A DNA stretch of 63,907 nt, filler included, from Octopus bimaculoides (Eukaryota), in NCBI RefSeq assembly GCF_001194135.2. It is 12 parts of 8 records of this genome, joined end to end, with 100 filler letters (N's around TTAATTAATTAA, not from the genome) between each part and the next. Parts side by side here need not be neighbours in the genome. Positions count along the whole stretch, not along the records: positions 22,585 to 24,953 come from NW_026437690.1; positions 25,054 to 26,815 come from NC_068981.1; positions 26,916 to 32,524 come from NC_068981.1; positions 32,625 to 48,276 come from NC_068983.1; 8 more parts are not named here. One strand, 5' to 3'. The notes below the pieces were generated by a model. That model did no database searches. It was not told the origin of the DNA and saw only the letters and a list, made by a program, of their open reading frames with translations. Shown piece by piece: positions 23,788-36,250 of this stretch. A program made the translations under genes and the position numbers. Each line of letters begins with the position of its first letter. Position 1 is the first letter of the stretch.

Positions 23788-24171
23788 TGTATGTATGTAT
23801 GTATGTATGTATGTATGTATGCATGTATGTTTACCTGTATGTATATATGTGTGCATTTCCCAGTAACAAACCCGACCTTGGAACCATGCAACTCCATGCA
23901 AATGTATAAAACAAACGCTAGAAGTATGAAAAGTGGTGATAACAACTGCTGGATATTTACAGTCGTATAATCACAACCGACCAACTTATTGCGGAATTAT
24001 TGTTTTCCTGAAAAGTATGTTCTGGAATTTCGGACGGAAGACATATTTTTGTGATTGAGTTCCATGTCGTAACCTCTGTGGAATTCTGACGGAAGTCTTT
24101 CATAAAGATAAAAACATGTTTTATAACTTTTGTACCGAAAAATAAAATATCTTTTCAACTTCCACAAATGT

Positions 24172-24234
<63 letters not shown>

Positions 24235-25053
24235 CGCGTGCATATATATATAATATTTTAAGAGAAATGCATCAGGAAATAAATAAGAATTCACTAACAT
24301 CGTAGAAGAGTAAGTTTTGACCACAAAAGTGGTATATATGTAACGACTGAAGATTTGTTTGATGAAGGTTGAGACTCTTCATTATGTAAGGATGAAAGAA
24401 CAGTGATTGAAGTTGTGAAGAAAATATTTATTTTTACCGTTACATTATACAATACCTTGCCTCGACGGGCAGGTGATAAAATCATAGAGCATGCGAAGTA
24501 AAAGAGTTAATTTCAGCCTGTCTGTTCTTATTGTAGTAGTAAACCATAGAGAGAGATATGGTAATGTGCAAAGAAGAGAAAGTGAGTTTGTGAAAATGAG
24601 AGAGTGTGAGAAGTTGGGTCTCGTATAGTCGCTGATTCTAAACTTCTTTCTTTTTCTCTCTGGCCGTTTGTCTGCCTGCTTGTGGCCATGATTCTAGTGG
24701 TCGGTTCACTAACTGATATCAGCTCTCTCTCAACTCACGAGTTTTCACCAAGTGACTAACTTATTTTTGCTTGGGAGTTCTTGTTATAACTATCCAGAAG
24801 GATAGACATATCGATGAGAACAATGGATTTAGTTGGTGGTACTTGTTATCTTAATTCTAGCTTTTGGTGGTCTATAAGAGGTTAGAAGGGTCAAGTGGCG
24901 AAGACATTATTTCAGCCTAGCTAAAGGCATCTGGCAAATGTAAACTGTCAAAGNNNNNNNNNNNNNNNNNNNNNNNNNNNNNNNNNNNNNNNNNNNNTTA
25001 ATTAATTAANNNNNNNNNNNNNNNNNNNNNNNNNNNNNNNNNNNNNNNNNNNN

Positions 25054-25103
<50 letters not shown>

Positions 25104-25199
25104 ATGTGTGTGTGTGTGTGCATGCGTGTGTGTGTTTGTGTGTGCATGTGTGTGTGTGTGTGTGAGGTGATGGGTAGATTATTGCTGTAAAGGACATGC

Positions 25200-25620
25200 C
25201 TTTATATATGGATGGTCATGATTTTACTTAGCTTGATATGTCTTCTCAAGGACTGCAAATAACCAGAAGTCTCAGTCCTTTGTCATCTCCTCAGTGAGGT
25301 TCAATATCTGAAGATCCTTTCTCCTCCCTTCATCCTATGTCTTCCTGGGTCTACCCCTTCCACAGGTTCCTCCACAATTAGATATCAGCACTTCTTTATT
25401 GCAGCTGTCCTCATCCATACACATCACATGGCCACACCAGCATAGTCTCTTGCACACAACATCTGATGCTTCTTATACCCAACCTTTCTCTTAAATCATT
25501 TACACTCTGTCATACATGCACATTGATATTACCCATCCAGCAGAACATGCTGACTCTATTCTTTTTAAGCCTTCTCAAGTCCTCTGCAGTCACAGTCCAT
25601 GTTTTGCTATCATGTAGCAT
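25200..25620 (-). mobile_element. RTE-clade LINE 3' fragment
   Basis: Frameshifted LREKLGIRSIRCC.QE..L.WCGHV..MDEDSC.KKC..LIVEGTCGRGRPRKT.D. Confidence 0.8.
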
Positions 25621-25654
25621 AGCTGTTCATATATATATATATATATATATCATC

Positions 25655-25950
25655 AATCAACATCACCATCATCATCATCACTATCATCAACATTTAACAT
25701 CCATTTTCCATGCTGGTATGGGTTGGATGGCTTAACAGGAACTGGCAAGGCCAAGGGCCACACCAGATTCCATAGTCTGTTTTGGTTTGTTTTCTATAGC
25801 TGGATGCCCTTCCTAATGCCAACCACTTCACAGTATACTGATGCTTTTTACATAGCACCATCAGCAGTGCTTTTTATGTGGCACCAGCACTAATGCTTTT
25901 TACATGGCACCAGAACTTACACCAATACTTTTTATGTGGCACCTTGATTT
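25655..25950 (-). mobile_element. SINE with RTE-like modules (family R), diverged, with internal minisatellite
   Basis: GCTGGATGCCCTTCCTAATGCCAACC motif, (GAT)n tail, and four ~23-bp TGCTTTTTA(C/T)(A/G)TGGCACC units. Confidence 0.75.
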
Positions 25951-26084
25951 TAGGATATCAATTTTTGTTGTGGTGTGTAGGTCTTCTTGAGTACAGAAAT
26001 GCACCACATTCTTTGGTTCTTTGTCATCTCTTTCATAAGACTCAGCATGTGTGTCTATGTGTGTGTGTGTGTGTATACATATAT

Positions 26085-26235
26085 ATACTCTTTTATTCTC
26101 TTTTACTCTTTTACTTGTTTCAGCACCGCCTTTAGCCAAACAAATCAACCCCAGGACTTATTCTTTGTAAGCCTAGTACTTATTTTATCGGTCTCTTTTG
26201 CCAAACCACTAAGTTACGGGGACCTAAACACACTT
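26085..26235 (-). mobile_element. SINE family A 3' part
   Basis: CACCGCCTTTAG...CCCCAGGACTTATTCTTTGTAAGCCTAGTAC...AAGTTACGGGGAC. Confidence 0.85.
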
Positions 26236-26627
26236 TTTCTCTAAAGATGGAACAGATTTCCATGAAAATGATGGTTGTAGACTCCTTGCAGGAAATTGCA
26301 CCAATTGCACATCTATTCTTGAAACAGCTGTAAGGGGCACATCTTCCTTCTTATCCAGCTTTGGATTCTGGACTTTACTTGTGATGACCTGCCTTAACCT
26401 ACTATCTAATATCAATAATATAGACTTTCCTTATAACTGTTCCAAGAGAACGCCGGCATACATCACAAACATTATGAACATACCTGAACTGATTTTTTTT
26501 TTTATTGATATCTTGTGATTTATACTCCCAAAACATTTCAAATCCCTTTCTATCTTCAAGCTATATCAATACATAAATATCCTAATCTGACCAGACACCA
26601 GTTGTTTACCTGTCTATATTTTAATGA

Positions 26628-26815
26628 CATCATCATCGTTTAACGTCCGCTTTCCATGCTAGCATGGGTTGGACGATTTGACTGAGGACTGGTGAAACCG
26701 GATGGCAACACCAGGCTCCAGTCTGATTTGGCAGAGTTTCTACAGCTGGATGCCCTTCCTAACGCCAACCACTCAGAGAGTGTAGTGGGTGCTTTTACGT
26801 GTCACCCGCACGAAA
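26628..26815 (-). mobile_element. SINE family R, young copy
   Basis: Near-identical to 62915-63069; ends ...GCGGACGTTAAACGATGATGATG on the sense strand. Confidence 0.85.
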
Positions 26816-26915
26816 NNNNNNNNNNNNNNNNNNNNNNNNNNNNNNNNNNNNNNNNNNNNTTAATTAATTAANNNNNNNNNNNNNNNNNNNNNNNNNNNNN
26901 NNNNNNNNNNNNNNN

Positions 26916-26948
<33 letters not shown>

Positions 26949-26956
<8 letters not shown>

Positions 26957-27214
26957 GAGTAGAGGCAATTAGAGTGGAAAACTAGAGGTTCATGACCTAT
27001 TATCCGGCAAAATATACAATATATATGCACACTTACTTCGACATTAATAAAACGGCATATATGTCTATACGCTTGTATCTTATTAATACTTCTGTTATGT
27101 TGAGCTTTATGCCGCCTTATTAATGTTGAAGTGTGCATATATATTGTATATTCTTCTCTATAATAGGTCATGTCCCTCTAGTTTTCCGCTCGTATTGCCT
27201 CCACTCAAATTATA
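26949..27214. repeat. ~265-bp imperfect fold-back palindrome
   Basis: TATAATTTGAGTAGAGGCAAT...GCACACTT... (26949-27062) mirrors 27103-27214, with a ~40-bp spacer; left end abuts (AT)n. Confidence 0.85.
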
Positions 27215-29249
27215 AATTGGAACTCTACTCAACTTGAGCACTTCGAGTCTAGCCTGTCTACGAGTATTGTTAATTAATAACAATATCTATAAAATAATAT
27301 AATTTCTCTCTCTATATATATATTTATGCATGGACAACATACTAAGAAGGAAAAGCAAAGAAACAAAGAGAAAGAGATGTTTCAGATAAAAAAGAGAGAA
27401 AAAGTAAGAAATTGAATGTGATAAAAACATAGTCAAATGGTTATTAGGGAATGAAATTAACTTAGTTCATCACGAAAACTCTTGTTTTATACTACCACAC
27501 TTATGTCTTAATGTAAGAATTGTACTGTTTCTGGAACTCCTTCGCAAAATGTGTTTCTCTGCACATATCAACGACTAACTTCAAGGAAGCAAACTCTTAG
27601 CTATCCAATGACAATTCCTCAACCTGAACAATTAACCTGCTAAGATAGCAACCAAATCTTGTACAAATCACACCATGTAACCTTAAAAAAGAAACAAAAC
27701 ACTGTGTAACGCAGTGATAGATAGACTGTAATTAAAAAGAAGACAAGAAATCTCTGGACTGAAATTTCTTTGAATATAAATCCGTTCCATTATTGTTGAT
27801 ATGAAGTTAAATAATGCCAAGAATGGTACCTTCATTCCGTTATCTTATTTTATAATGCTAGTTAATAAGAAAACGAACGAAATGACACTTTACAAAGGAG
27901 ATACAAATGGTATATAGCATAAAAGTCGCCAGGAGTTTTCGCTAACGAGTCTGTTCTTATGAAAATGTTAAGTGTTCTAACAATTATTAGTAAAGTCTAA
28001 AACCAAACGATTTAAATATAGAAAATAAACGTGGTGCCAACAGCAAGAACATTTATTGTTTCTTAATCCGAGATTAGCACTGATTGATGAGATTTATAAT
28101 CGAGGATATTCCAGTCGTGATCATCACATTCGTTAGGCTATGTACATTCAAGGTCACAGTATTTAACATGTGCTTCTTCTTTTAAGATGGTAGACCTTGA
28201 TATGCTGAATACTTGACTTCCATATTTAGCAGGTTGTGCGATCTCGTAGAGGCTCCCTTAGTATCTTGAGTAAGAGAAATAGGAACATTTTGGTTTGGAT
28301 TATCAGCAGTGAAGGGTTCTGCCAGGTGAAGAAAGTTCAAAACAAGTGTAAGCGGCCATTTCAATTCGAAAAGTAACCAGACATTACCAAATGGAAAGAA
28401 ATAACAAAAGAACAAAAGAAAATCGACCAACTGAAATACAGCAAGAATGTCCCAAATTTCAGGTTGAAATATTTTTGAAACACGCAGAAAGTACTTGAAA
28501 AATATTTAATGACTGAGAAAGTGCTATAAACAACAACTGATTGGATTATCTAGTGTAATCTTGGATTATCTAGTGTAAAGACAACTAAAGAGCCACAAAC
28601 CCATCATAACCTACTTGAGTGTACAGATAAAAAAGAAATCAGTTTTTCGCTCCACATGGTAATAGATTTTACTGAGCTCTTCTACAGCCAGTGTTCAAAC
28701 ATTTAATTGTAGTAATGGTTCAAAATTGTGATTACTTAAAAAGGAAGTCTCACTTCCAGAAGACAATGGATGCTTCAAAATTACAAATGACTGTAAATAA
28801 CAGTCATTACCGAAGAATATAACAGAAAGAAGAATCTGATTTACTAACAGATGACATTTTACCATGTTTCCTGTATATGGTCACAAAAGTGTAGATATGA
28901 GTATAAAGTAGCATAAATAGTAATAAGGTACAGAATCCTGTCAAATAAATGACGGCCAAGTCTCCCAGTATGAAAAAACCCAAAATAAAACAAAATTAAA
29001 TCAAAATGGACTCGGGTTCAAATATCGTGGTTGTATATAAAGCCTTCTTTTGTATATAAACCGATGATTTGAAGTAGTACTTTGTAGATGATAAACAAAC
29101 TGGTAACAATGTTACAGATACACACAAGGCTGCGAATATGATGAGTCATGTATAGGACATTTTAAAGATGGAAATTATGAATGAAGAAAGAATATATGAG
29201 TATACAAGGGAAATTATTAAAGAATTATACAGGAATAGAAAACAATACA

Positions 29250-31300
29250 ATATACAAAGGTGACAATCGTTGACAATGAAAATATCAACAGAGTAAACCA
29301 AAATATATGCAGCAATCATACTACTTTGGAAGGAAAGCCAAGTATTCCGTCAATTCTATTCATATAAGAATATCAAAACCTAAACAAACAAGGTATCCGA
29401 CAAACACACAGAGAAAGATAGAAAATGACATAAAAAAGATCGCCCGATCTTTATAACAAAAATAACAAATGAAATCAATAGATAAAACAAATACTACCAA
29501 AATATTACATAACAAAAACGTATCAGAAATCAAAGAATGCTCAAAAAGAGAATCTTGCTAAATTGCGAAGAATCCGTTGTTATGAAAAGCTACACGAATT
29601 ACTTGAACAAAACGAACAGTTCCACTCCAGTGCAAAACAATCTTATCAATAACTAAGTAAATAAAAAAATAGCAGCGCCAGCAAAATAACAACAACAACA
29701 ACAAAACAGAAAAGAAAAGAAAGCAAAGAACATAAACGAAAGCAAAAACAGGATAAAAGAATTTACTCATAGGTATATATTTTTCGCTATCATGTGCAAA
29801 GAAGACAGTGGTATATAACAGACATACAAGTGTTGACAAAAACGAAAAGAACATTTAATGTCGTACTGAAAAGACTCACCGGAAACAATACCTGAATGAC
29901 TCCCTGAGGAATACGTTTAATAACCAAAAATAAAAATAAAATAGTAAACCCTACAAACCCAAAACAAGACCACTTACGGTGTGCAAACACATATTGACAA
30001 TACTGTAACACAGGAGACATGATTTCTCTAAAAAACATAACTCTCTCTAAGAAGAACAGAGTGGACACTGTAAAGGCATGTGGTTACACTGATTAATAAT
30101 AAGTCAACAAAGGCTTCATCACACATCGTAGAAGAACAAAAAGTCTGCACATGCACAGATTAACTATGAAAAGGCTTTTAATAGTGTTAACGTTGCTCCT
30201 GGCTTCTGGATAAATTAACTATGAGTGAAAGAGCACCAATTCATAAGCTGGAAGCTCAAACATACCATCAATGAATGGCAAAAATTCTCTAGTTCCATAT
30301 ATAAATTATCTATAAAGATGAATCTAACATCATTTGGAAGAATGGCAATACAAAGTAACTTCCTCGGTCCACATTTTTTTATCTGGCGTAATGTCTCTTA
30401 CCACCGTGTTACGCTGGACTGAACAAAATGTTAAGGTATACAAATGTTAAGAGATAGAAGTGCTAAAGCAAAGATATGTTAAAGGATACACATGTTAAGG
30501 GAGAACAATCAACTAGCTTTTGTACACCGATAACATCATGTATTTTGCAGAAGCAAGGAAGAAATGCTGGTAATAGGGGTACAGGAATTCAGTAATGGAA
30601 AATTACGTTAAGACAGTTTTGAAGTGTGGAGAAATTGATCAAAAATAGATATACATCATGATAATTAAAGAAATAAATATATGGAAATTCCTCTTAATCA
30701 CAGAATTATATGTAATTATGGAATTAAAATGAAAACAATACACACAAGCGATAACACTATCAAGAAAGACCATATAAACGCATTAGATTAAAACATTAAA
30801 CTTCACTACATGAACTATTGGAAGAGTGGTATGAAATATATACGTATATATAATTTCATGCGTGTTTTTGCATGCGTAAGTGCGTATGTATGTGTATATA
30901 CGTATATGTACATGTATACTTATCAATACTCAACTGGAAGTCAATTAATTAGGTAGACTAGACCGGAAAACAAGAACAATATCAGCTATATTTAGGATAC
31001 ATCATTTAAATGAAGTCATAAACAGATAATATTAGCAAGAAGGTTAAGATCTTCGAAAACATTTTGATTATAAACTATCTATAAAAATATATTTGCAAAG
31101 ATTAAAAGAAAACAGTTAAAACTTTGAAAGCCAAACGTTTTTTTTTTCCTTATCTAATGTAGCTAACAAATATGAAACAGCATGTGAAGTAACAGACAAC
31201 TGGAAAGAAGAAGAAACAGCATAAACTATAAAGTTATCAAAATTTTACCTCAATAGAGTCATGCTGATAGGAAAGCAGAAATGCCCCCGCGTGGCTAACC
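29250..31300 (+). mobile_element. very old R4/Dong-type RT relic
   Basis: Heavily mutated motifs in the right order: TIPE.L..GI..., NPTNPKQ-RPL.CANT, INYEKAFNSV, LDRKTR. Boundaries uncertain. Confidence 0.5.
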
Positions 31301-31654
31301 CGATGAAACGGAAGTGGAAAAGCTAGCATAGGCCACAATGTGCAGGGTTTAAAGGGTGTTTTCATTGCATACTTTGCATAATAAATCATAAATTAAATAT
31401 TTCCACCAGAATGCATCAAGTACATACAGGGAAACGCAATATAAAAATTTCAGTAAGCATTGTGGTTGTGAAGAAATAATTAAACTATTTCTTCCTGTCC
31501 TGTCTTATCAAAAATGGAATGATATATTGAGGCATGGCTGAAATAGATTCTTTTTTTTCTGAAAATTATAGCCATTATCAAATACCCAAAATAAAAATCT
31601 ATCTCATAATTATACATTAAAAAATATTGTCAACGAATGAAATAAAATTGTATT

Positions 31655-31744
31655 GGCGCAGGAGTGACTGTGTGATAAGTAGCTTGCTTACCAACCACAT
31701 GGTTCCGGGTTCAGTACCACTACATGGCACCTTGGGTAAGTGTC
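31655..31744 (+). mobile_element. SINE family A head
   Basis: GGCGCAGGAGTGACTGTGTGATAAGTAGCTTGCTTACCAACCACATGGTTCCGGGTTCAGT...CCTTGGGTAAGTG. Confidence 0.9.
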
Positions 31745-31960
31745 CCTGTAGTTTTTACGCCTCGAAAAAGACGCGTTCAGCTTCCAGTAGCCGGGTCCTT
31801 CTATATGAGTCCTATATATGGCAACTGTGAAGATCACACATTTGTGATCTGTGTAGCCAACCAGTTTGAGATGCAGATATCCTAAGATACCTCTGCCAGT
31901 TAAGTTAACGAATACTCTAGGTACGATCTGGAAGACCAATCGTGATTGCTTCAAGTTCAC
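31745..31960 (-). mobile_element. L1/Tx1-clade ORF2 fragment (end of APE domain)
   Basis: VGYTDHKCV...GPGYWKLNASFS..KNYRD matches the SDH...GPGYWKLN.S motif of L1/Tx1 ORF2. Confidence 0.8.
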
Positions 31961-32024
31961 ATTGGTACATTATGGATATCCAGTCAGTATCGGTCAGAAT
32001 GGTTTCAACTTTTAGCACAAACCC

Positions 32025-32157
32025 AACATTATCGCGTAGGGAGTAACTCCAGTACATCGACCCTAGTGCTCAACTGGCAATTACTTTATTGATTTCGAAG
32101 ATTGAAAGGCTAAATCGACTTCAGCAGAAATTGAACTCAGATCGTGAAGACGGAAGA
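32025..32157 (-). mobile_element. SINE family B fragment
   Basis: ACATCGACCCTAGTGCTCAACTGG...TTGAACTCAGA. Confidence 0.7.
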
Positions 32158-32178
32158 AATAATAATAATAATAATAAT

Positions 32179-32524
32179 ATGCAAAAACCTGGACTTGCCC
32201 CATGATAAAAACTGGTGGGAACACAAACCACCCCCAGTACTTGGAAATGATCACATTGCACTCCTCTGGAACTTCACCATTCAAACTGACAGAAAGATAG
32301 ACGCAAATAGGCCAGACATCATACTGAAAGACTTCAGACAAAAATCATGCCTCCTCATTGATATGACTGTCCCAATCGATATAAACGTATCTGTCAAGAC
32401 CTACCAAAAACTGAGCAAATATAAAGATCTTGAAATAGAAATTAGCAAAATGTGGAATCTGAAGACGAAAACAATACCTATTGTCATAGGTGCCCTGGGA
32501 ATGACAGCGAAACGGGCTGATTAC
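32179..32524 (+). mobile_element. R4/Dong-type RLE endonuclease fragment
   Basis: WWEHKP..V..LLWNFTIQTDRKIDANRPDIILKD...LLIDMTVP.D....KLSKYKDL (PD-D/ExK RLE); preceded by (AAT)n at 32158-32178. Confidence 0.92.
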
Positions 32525-32624
32525 NNNNNNNNNNNNNNNNNNNNNNNNNNNNNNNNNNNNNNNNNNNNTTAATTAATTAANNNNNNNNNNNNNNNNNNNN
32601 NNNNNNNNNNNNNNNNNNNNNNNN

Positions 32625-32655
<31 letters not shown>

Positions 32656-32686
32656 CATAAATATATCTATATACATATATACACAC

Positions 32687-32768
<82 letters not shown>

Positions 32769-32809
32769 ATGTATGTATATACATAGGAGTCTGTCAATGT
32801 AATAAATCT

Positions 32810-33630
32810 ATTTGGAAAAGAGGCAACCATCGATTACATCAACATAAGAGAAGAGGATGTAATATTAGCTATTGATGAGATGAGATCAAACTCAGCAAGG
32901 GGCCTAGATGGACTCCCGCTTGTTCTCTTAAAGACATTTAAAAAGGCTCTTGCAAAGCCGCTGCAGATACTCTTTCAGGGGGATACTTGCATGTGGTAAA
33001 CGTCTCAATATGCTAAAAGCGGATGTAATATGCCCTGTCCATAAAGGAGGGACCGGAGAAGATGCTAAAACTATACGCCCATCTCTCTGACCTCACATGT
33101 TATCAAGATAATGGAGCGCATTGTCAGAAAAATGCTGATCACGTTCCTAGAAGAAAACAACCTTCTCACACAAACGCAACATGGCTTCCATCCAAGGAGG
33201 AGCTGCCTCACACAATTGCTGCAGCACTTTGACTTGGTGCTGAAGTAACAGCTAAACCAGTCAGCTGTAGACGTGATATACCTCGGCTTTGCCAAGGCTT
33301 TCGGCAAGGTTGATCATGGCATGATATGTCATAAGCTGCGGAATTTTGGTATTACCAGGAAACTGGGAGAGTGGCTGCATTATTTTCTGAAGGGCAGGAG
33401 TCAAACAGTTGTAGCCAATGGTGCTCACTCTGAAGAGACACCAGTTCTCAGCGGGGTCTTACAGGGAACTATACTGGGGACATTCTATTTGTGGTGGCCC
33501 TATCTGACATGCCTTCCGCGGTACAGTCAGCCAATTTGACTAGTTATGCTGACGACACAAAATTATTGCAGACAATGAGTAACTCAGAGGGCATCATAAA
33601 ACTGCAGAAAGACCTGAACGAAATCTACAT
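32810..33630 (+). mobile_element. CR1-like LINE reverse-transcriptase pseudogene
   Basis: Frameshifted RPISLTSHVIKIMERIV, QHGF..RSCLTQL, DVIYLGFAKAFGKVDH, GVLQGTILG, YADDTK. Confidence 0.9.
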
Positions 33631-33639
33631 CACAATACA

Positions 33640-33909
33640 TGAAAATATGTATGGATCTGTGAAAAAATGTAAAAGCTGCAAGAAAAATAACATCGTTTTG
33701 GGAATTTCCATTCAAACGCCCGATTGAGCTCACAAAAATCGATACGAACTGATCATTATAGAGTTTTCGAAAACTTCCGGCCTACTTCAAGGCATTTGAT
33801 CTATTTGTGTGCTAAAAATCATTAAAATCGGTTAGACGGTGTGGAAGGAGTTAGAGTAACCCCAAACACACAGACAGACAGATACCGTTACACATTTATG
33901 TATATAGAT
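33640..33909 (+). mobile_element. non-autonomous Helitron/Helentron-like element end
   Basis: AAAATCGGTTAGACGGTGTGGAAGGAG...CAGACAGACAGA...TTTATGTATATAGAT resembles HINE/Lep1-type 3' ends. Confidence 0.4.
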
Positions 33910-33941
33910 ATTTGTATATACATATATATATATTTGTATAT

Positions 33942-33987
<46 letters not shown>

Positions 33988-34489
33988 NNNNNNNNNNNNN
34001 NNNNNNNNNNNNNNNNNNNNNNNNNNNNNNNNNNNNNNNNNNNNNNNNNNNNNNNNNNNNNNNNNNNNNNNNNNNNNNNNNNNNNNNNNNNNNNNNNNNN
34101 NNNNNNNNNNNNNNNNNNNNNNNNNNNNNNNNNNNNNNNNNNNNNNNNNNNNNNNNNNNNNNNNNNNNNNNNNNNNNNNNNNNNNNNNNNNNNNNNNNNN
34201 NNNNNNNNNNNNNNNNNNNNNNNNNNNNNNNNNNNNNNNNNNNNNNNNNNNNNNNNNNNNNNNNNNNNNNNNNNNNNNNNNNNNNNNNNNNNNNNNNNNN
34301 NNNNNNNNNNNNNNNNNNNNNNNNNNNNNNNNNNNNNNNNNNNNNNNNNNNNNNNNNNNNNNNNNNNNNNNNNNNNNNNNNNNNNNNNNNNNNNNNNNNN
34401 NNNNNNNNNNNNNNNNNNNNNNNNNNNNNNNNNNNNNNNNNNNNNNNNNNNNNNNNNNNNNNNNNNNNNNNNNNNNNNNNNNNNNNNNA

Positions 34490-34633
34490 GTGCTCAGCGG
34501 TACTTATTTTATCGACCTTAAAAGAATGAAACACAAAGTCGACCTCGGCAGTATTTGAACTCGGAGCGAAAGATGGACGAAATGCCGCGAGGCATGTCCG
34601 ACGTGTTAACGATTTTGCCAGCTCACCGCCTTA
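34490..34633 (-). mobile_element. SINE family B 5' part
   Basis: Head abuts the (CTA)n/(ATA)n tract at 34633-34710. Confidence 0.8.
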
Positions 34634-34655
34634 CTACTACTACTACTACTACTAC

Positions 34656-34710
<55 letters not shown>

Positions 34711-35021
34711 TTGATGAGAAAGTCAATATGAGAGGTATAGAGAAAATAGCAAAGTACCAGGACCAAACCATTGAGTTACAGAGAATATGGAAAGTGAGGG
34801 TAAAATGTATCCCCGTAGTTATAGGTGCATTAGGAATTATTCCTAAAGATTTGAACGGATAAGTAGAGGAAACAAGCATAAAACCCAGTTTAGTACAGCT
34901 CCAGAAAATAGTATATTAAGGACAACTAGGATACTTAGGAAGGTTCTTGGCATCTAAGATTACTTGTAGTCTGACGTTAAGAATTTTTTCCAACAGTCTA
35001 ATCTGTTGTGCGTATATGAAT
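34711..35021 (+). mobile_element. R4/Dong family X 3' end
   Basis: Close match to 40550-40850 (EKIAKYQD...IPVVIGALG...); preceded by (AAT)n and followed by (TAG)n. Confidence 0.88.
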
Positions 35022-35084
<63 letters not shown>

Positions 35085-35112
35085 CAGCAGCAGCAGCAAC
35101 AGTAGCAGTAGT

Positions 35113-35350
35113 AGAGTGAAAGCTAAAGTGCATGACAAGATGGAGAAGTACGAGTCACTGAAGGAGGTGTATAGATTGTTGCTGGGAATGAAGAAAGCGT
35201 TAGTGATTCCAGTATGGTGAACAAAGCATTGAAATGCATACTGGAGTTTCAAGGACTGTATAGATAAAATTGGAATTGATAAAAGATTGCAGATCGTTCA
35301 GACGGCAGCACTTCTTGGTAGAGCTAGGATTTTAAAGGAAGTCTAGTCTA
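35113..35350 (+). mobile_element. R4/Dong-type 3' end (another family)
   Basis: KVHDKMEKYESLK...LQIVQTAALLGRARIL. Confidence 0.7.
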
Positions 35351-35439
35351 TTAAGTCACAGAGAGGAAGCAGTAAGGGACCATTGTTAATTGGTTGACTG
35401 CTCCCTAACTGAAATGTCCGGACCGTTTAACATCTTAGT

Positions 35440-36155
35440 GTTAATACCAACTCAGTGAAAAAGAATATATATCACACAAGTGCATCGGACCTCTCCAGAA
35501 TGTGTGGGAAGAGAGTCGAAAGCTGGACTCACATTTAGTGCTTGTGAAAATCTTGCACAGAAAGAGTACAAGCATAGACACGACAAAGTAGCGTAGAACC
35601 TCCACTGCTGCAAGTATGGATATGAGGCTATGGATGCTTGCTACCAACGTACACCGGAAAAAGTAATGAACGAAAAGGGGAAGGCAAAAATCCTCTGGGA
35701 CTTTGATTTCCAGACAAAAAAGTGTTAGAGCACCGAATGCTGCATACAGTAACCTTTAGGAGGGACAAACCAGTGCCTAATAATCGACGTGGCAGTGCCA
35801 AGCGATCAACATATCATCATGAAAAAAAGAGGAAAAGTTTATAAATATGAAGACCTGAAAATTGAGATCGCCAAGATGTGGCAGCTACGAGAGTCGAACA
35901 TAAAGGTTATCTCTATTGTCATCGGAGCATTGGGTTCAATACCACCCAATCGGAAAAAAAATATCTGAAAACTTTAGAAATACCCTACAATCTAGGTGTG
36001 TTGCAAAAGTCGGCATTACTTAGAACTGCACGCATATTGCGTAAAGCACTGTCTGTCTGAGGTCCTTGTTGTGGCTTGACAAACAGTACAAACCCTCGGT
36101 AGACATAATATCTTCAATCAACAACCTCACGATATTGTATACTGTGTGACGTCTA
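35440..36155 (+). mobile_element. R4/Dong-type 3' fragment (CCHC knuckle + RLE + UTR)
   Basis: Frameshifted RMC...ESWTH..ACENLAQKEYKHRHDKVA, ILWDFDFQT, IIDVAVPSD, YEDLKIEI, LQKSALLRTARILRKAL; followed by (AAT)n at 36156-36248. Confidence 0.9.
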
Positions 36156-36168
36156 TAATAATAATAAT

Positions 36169-36250
<82 letters not shown>

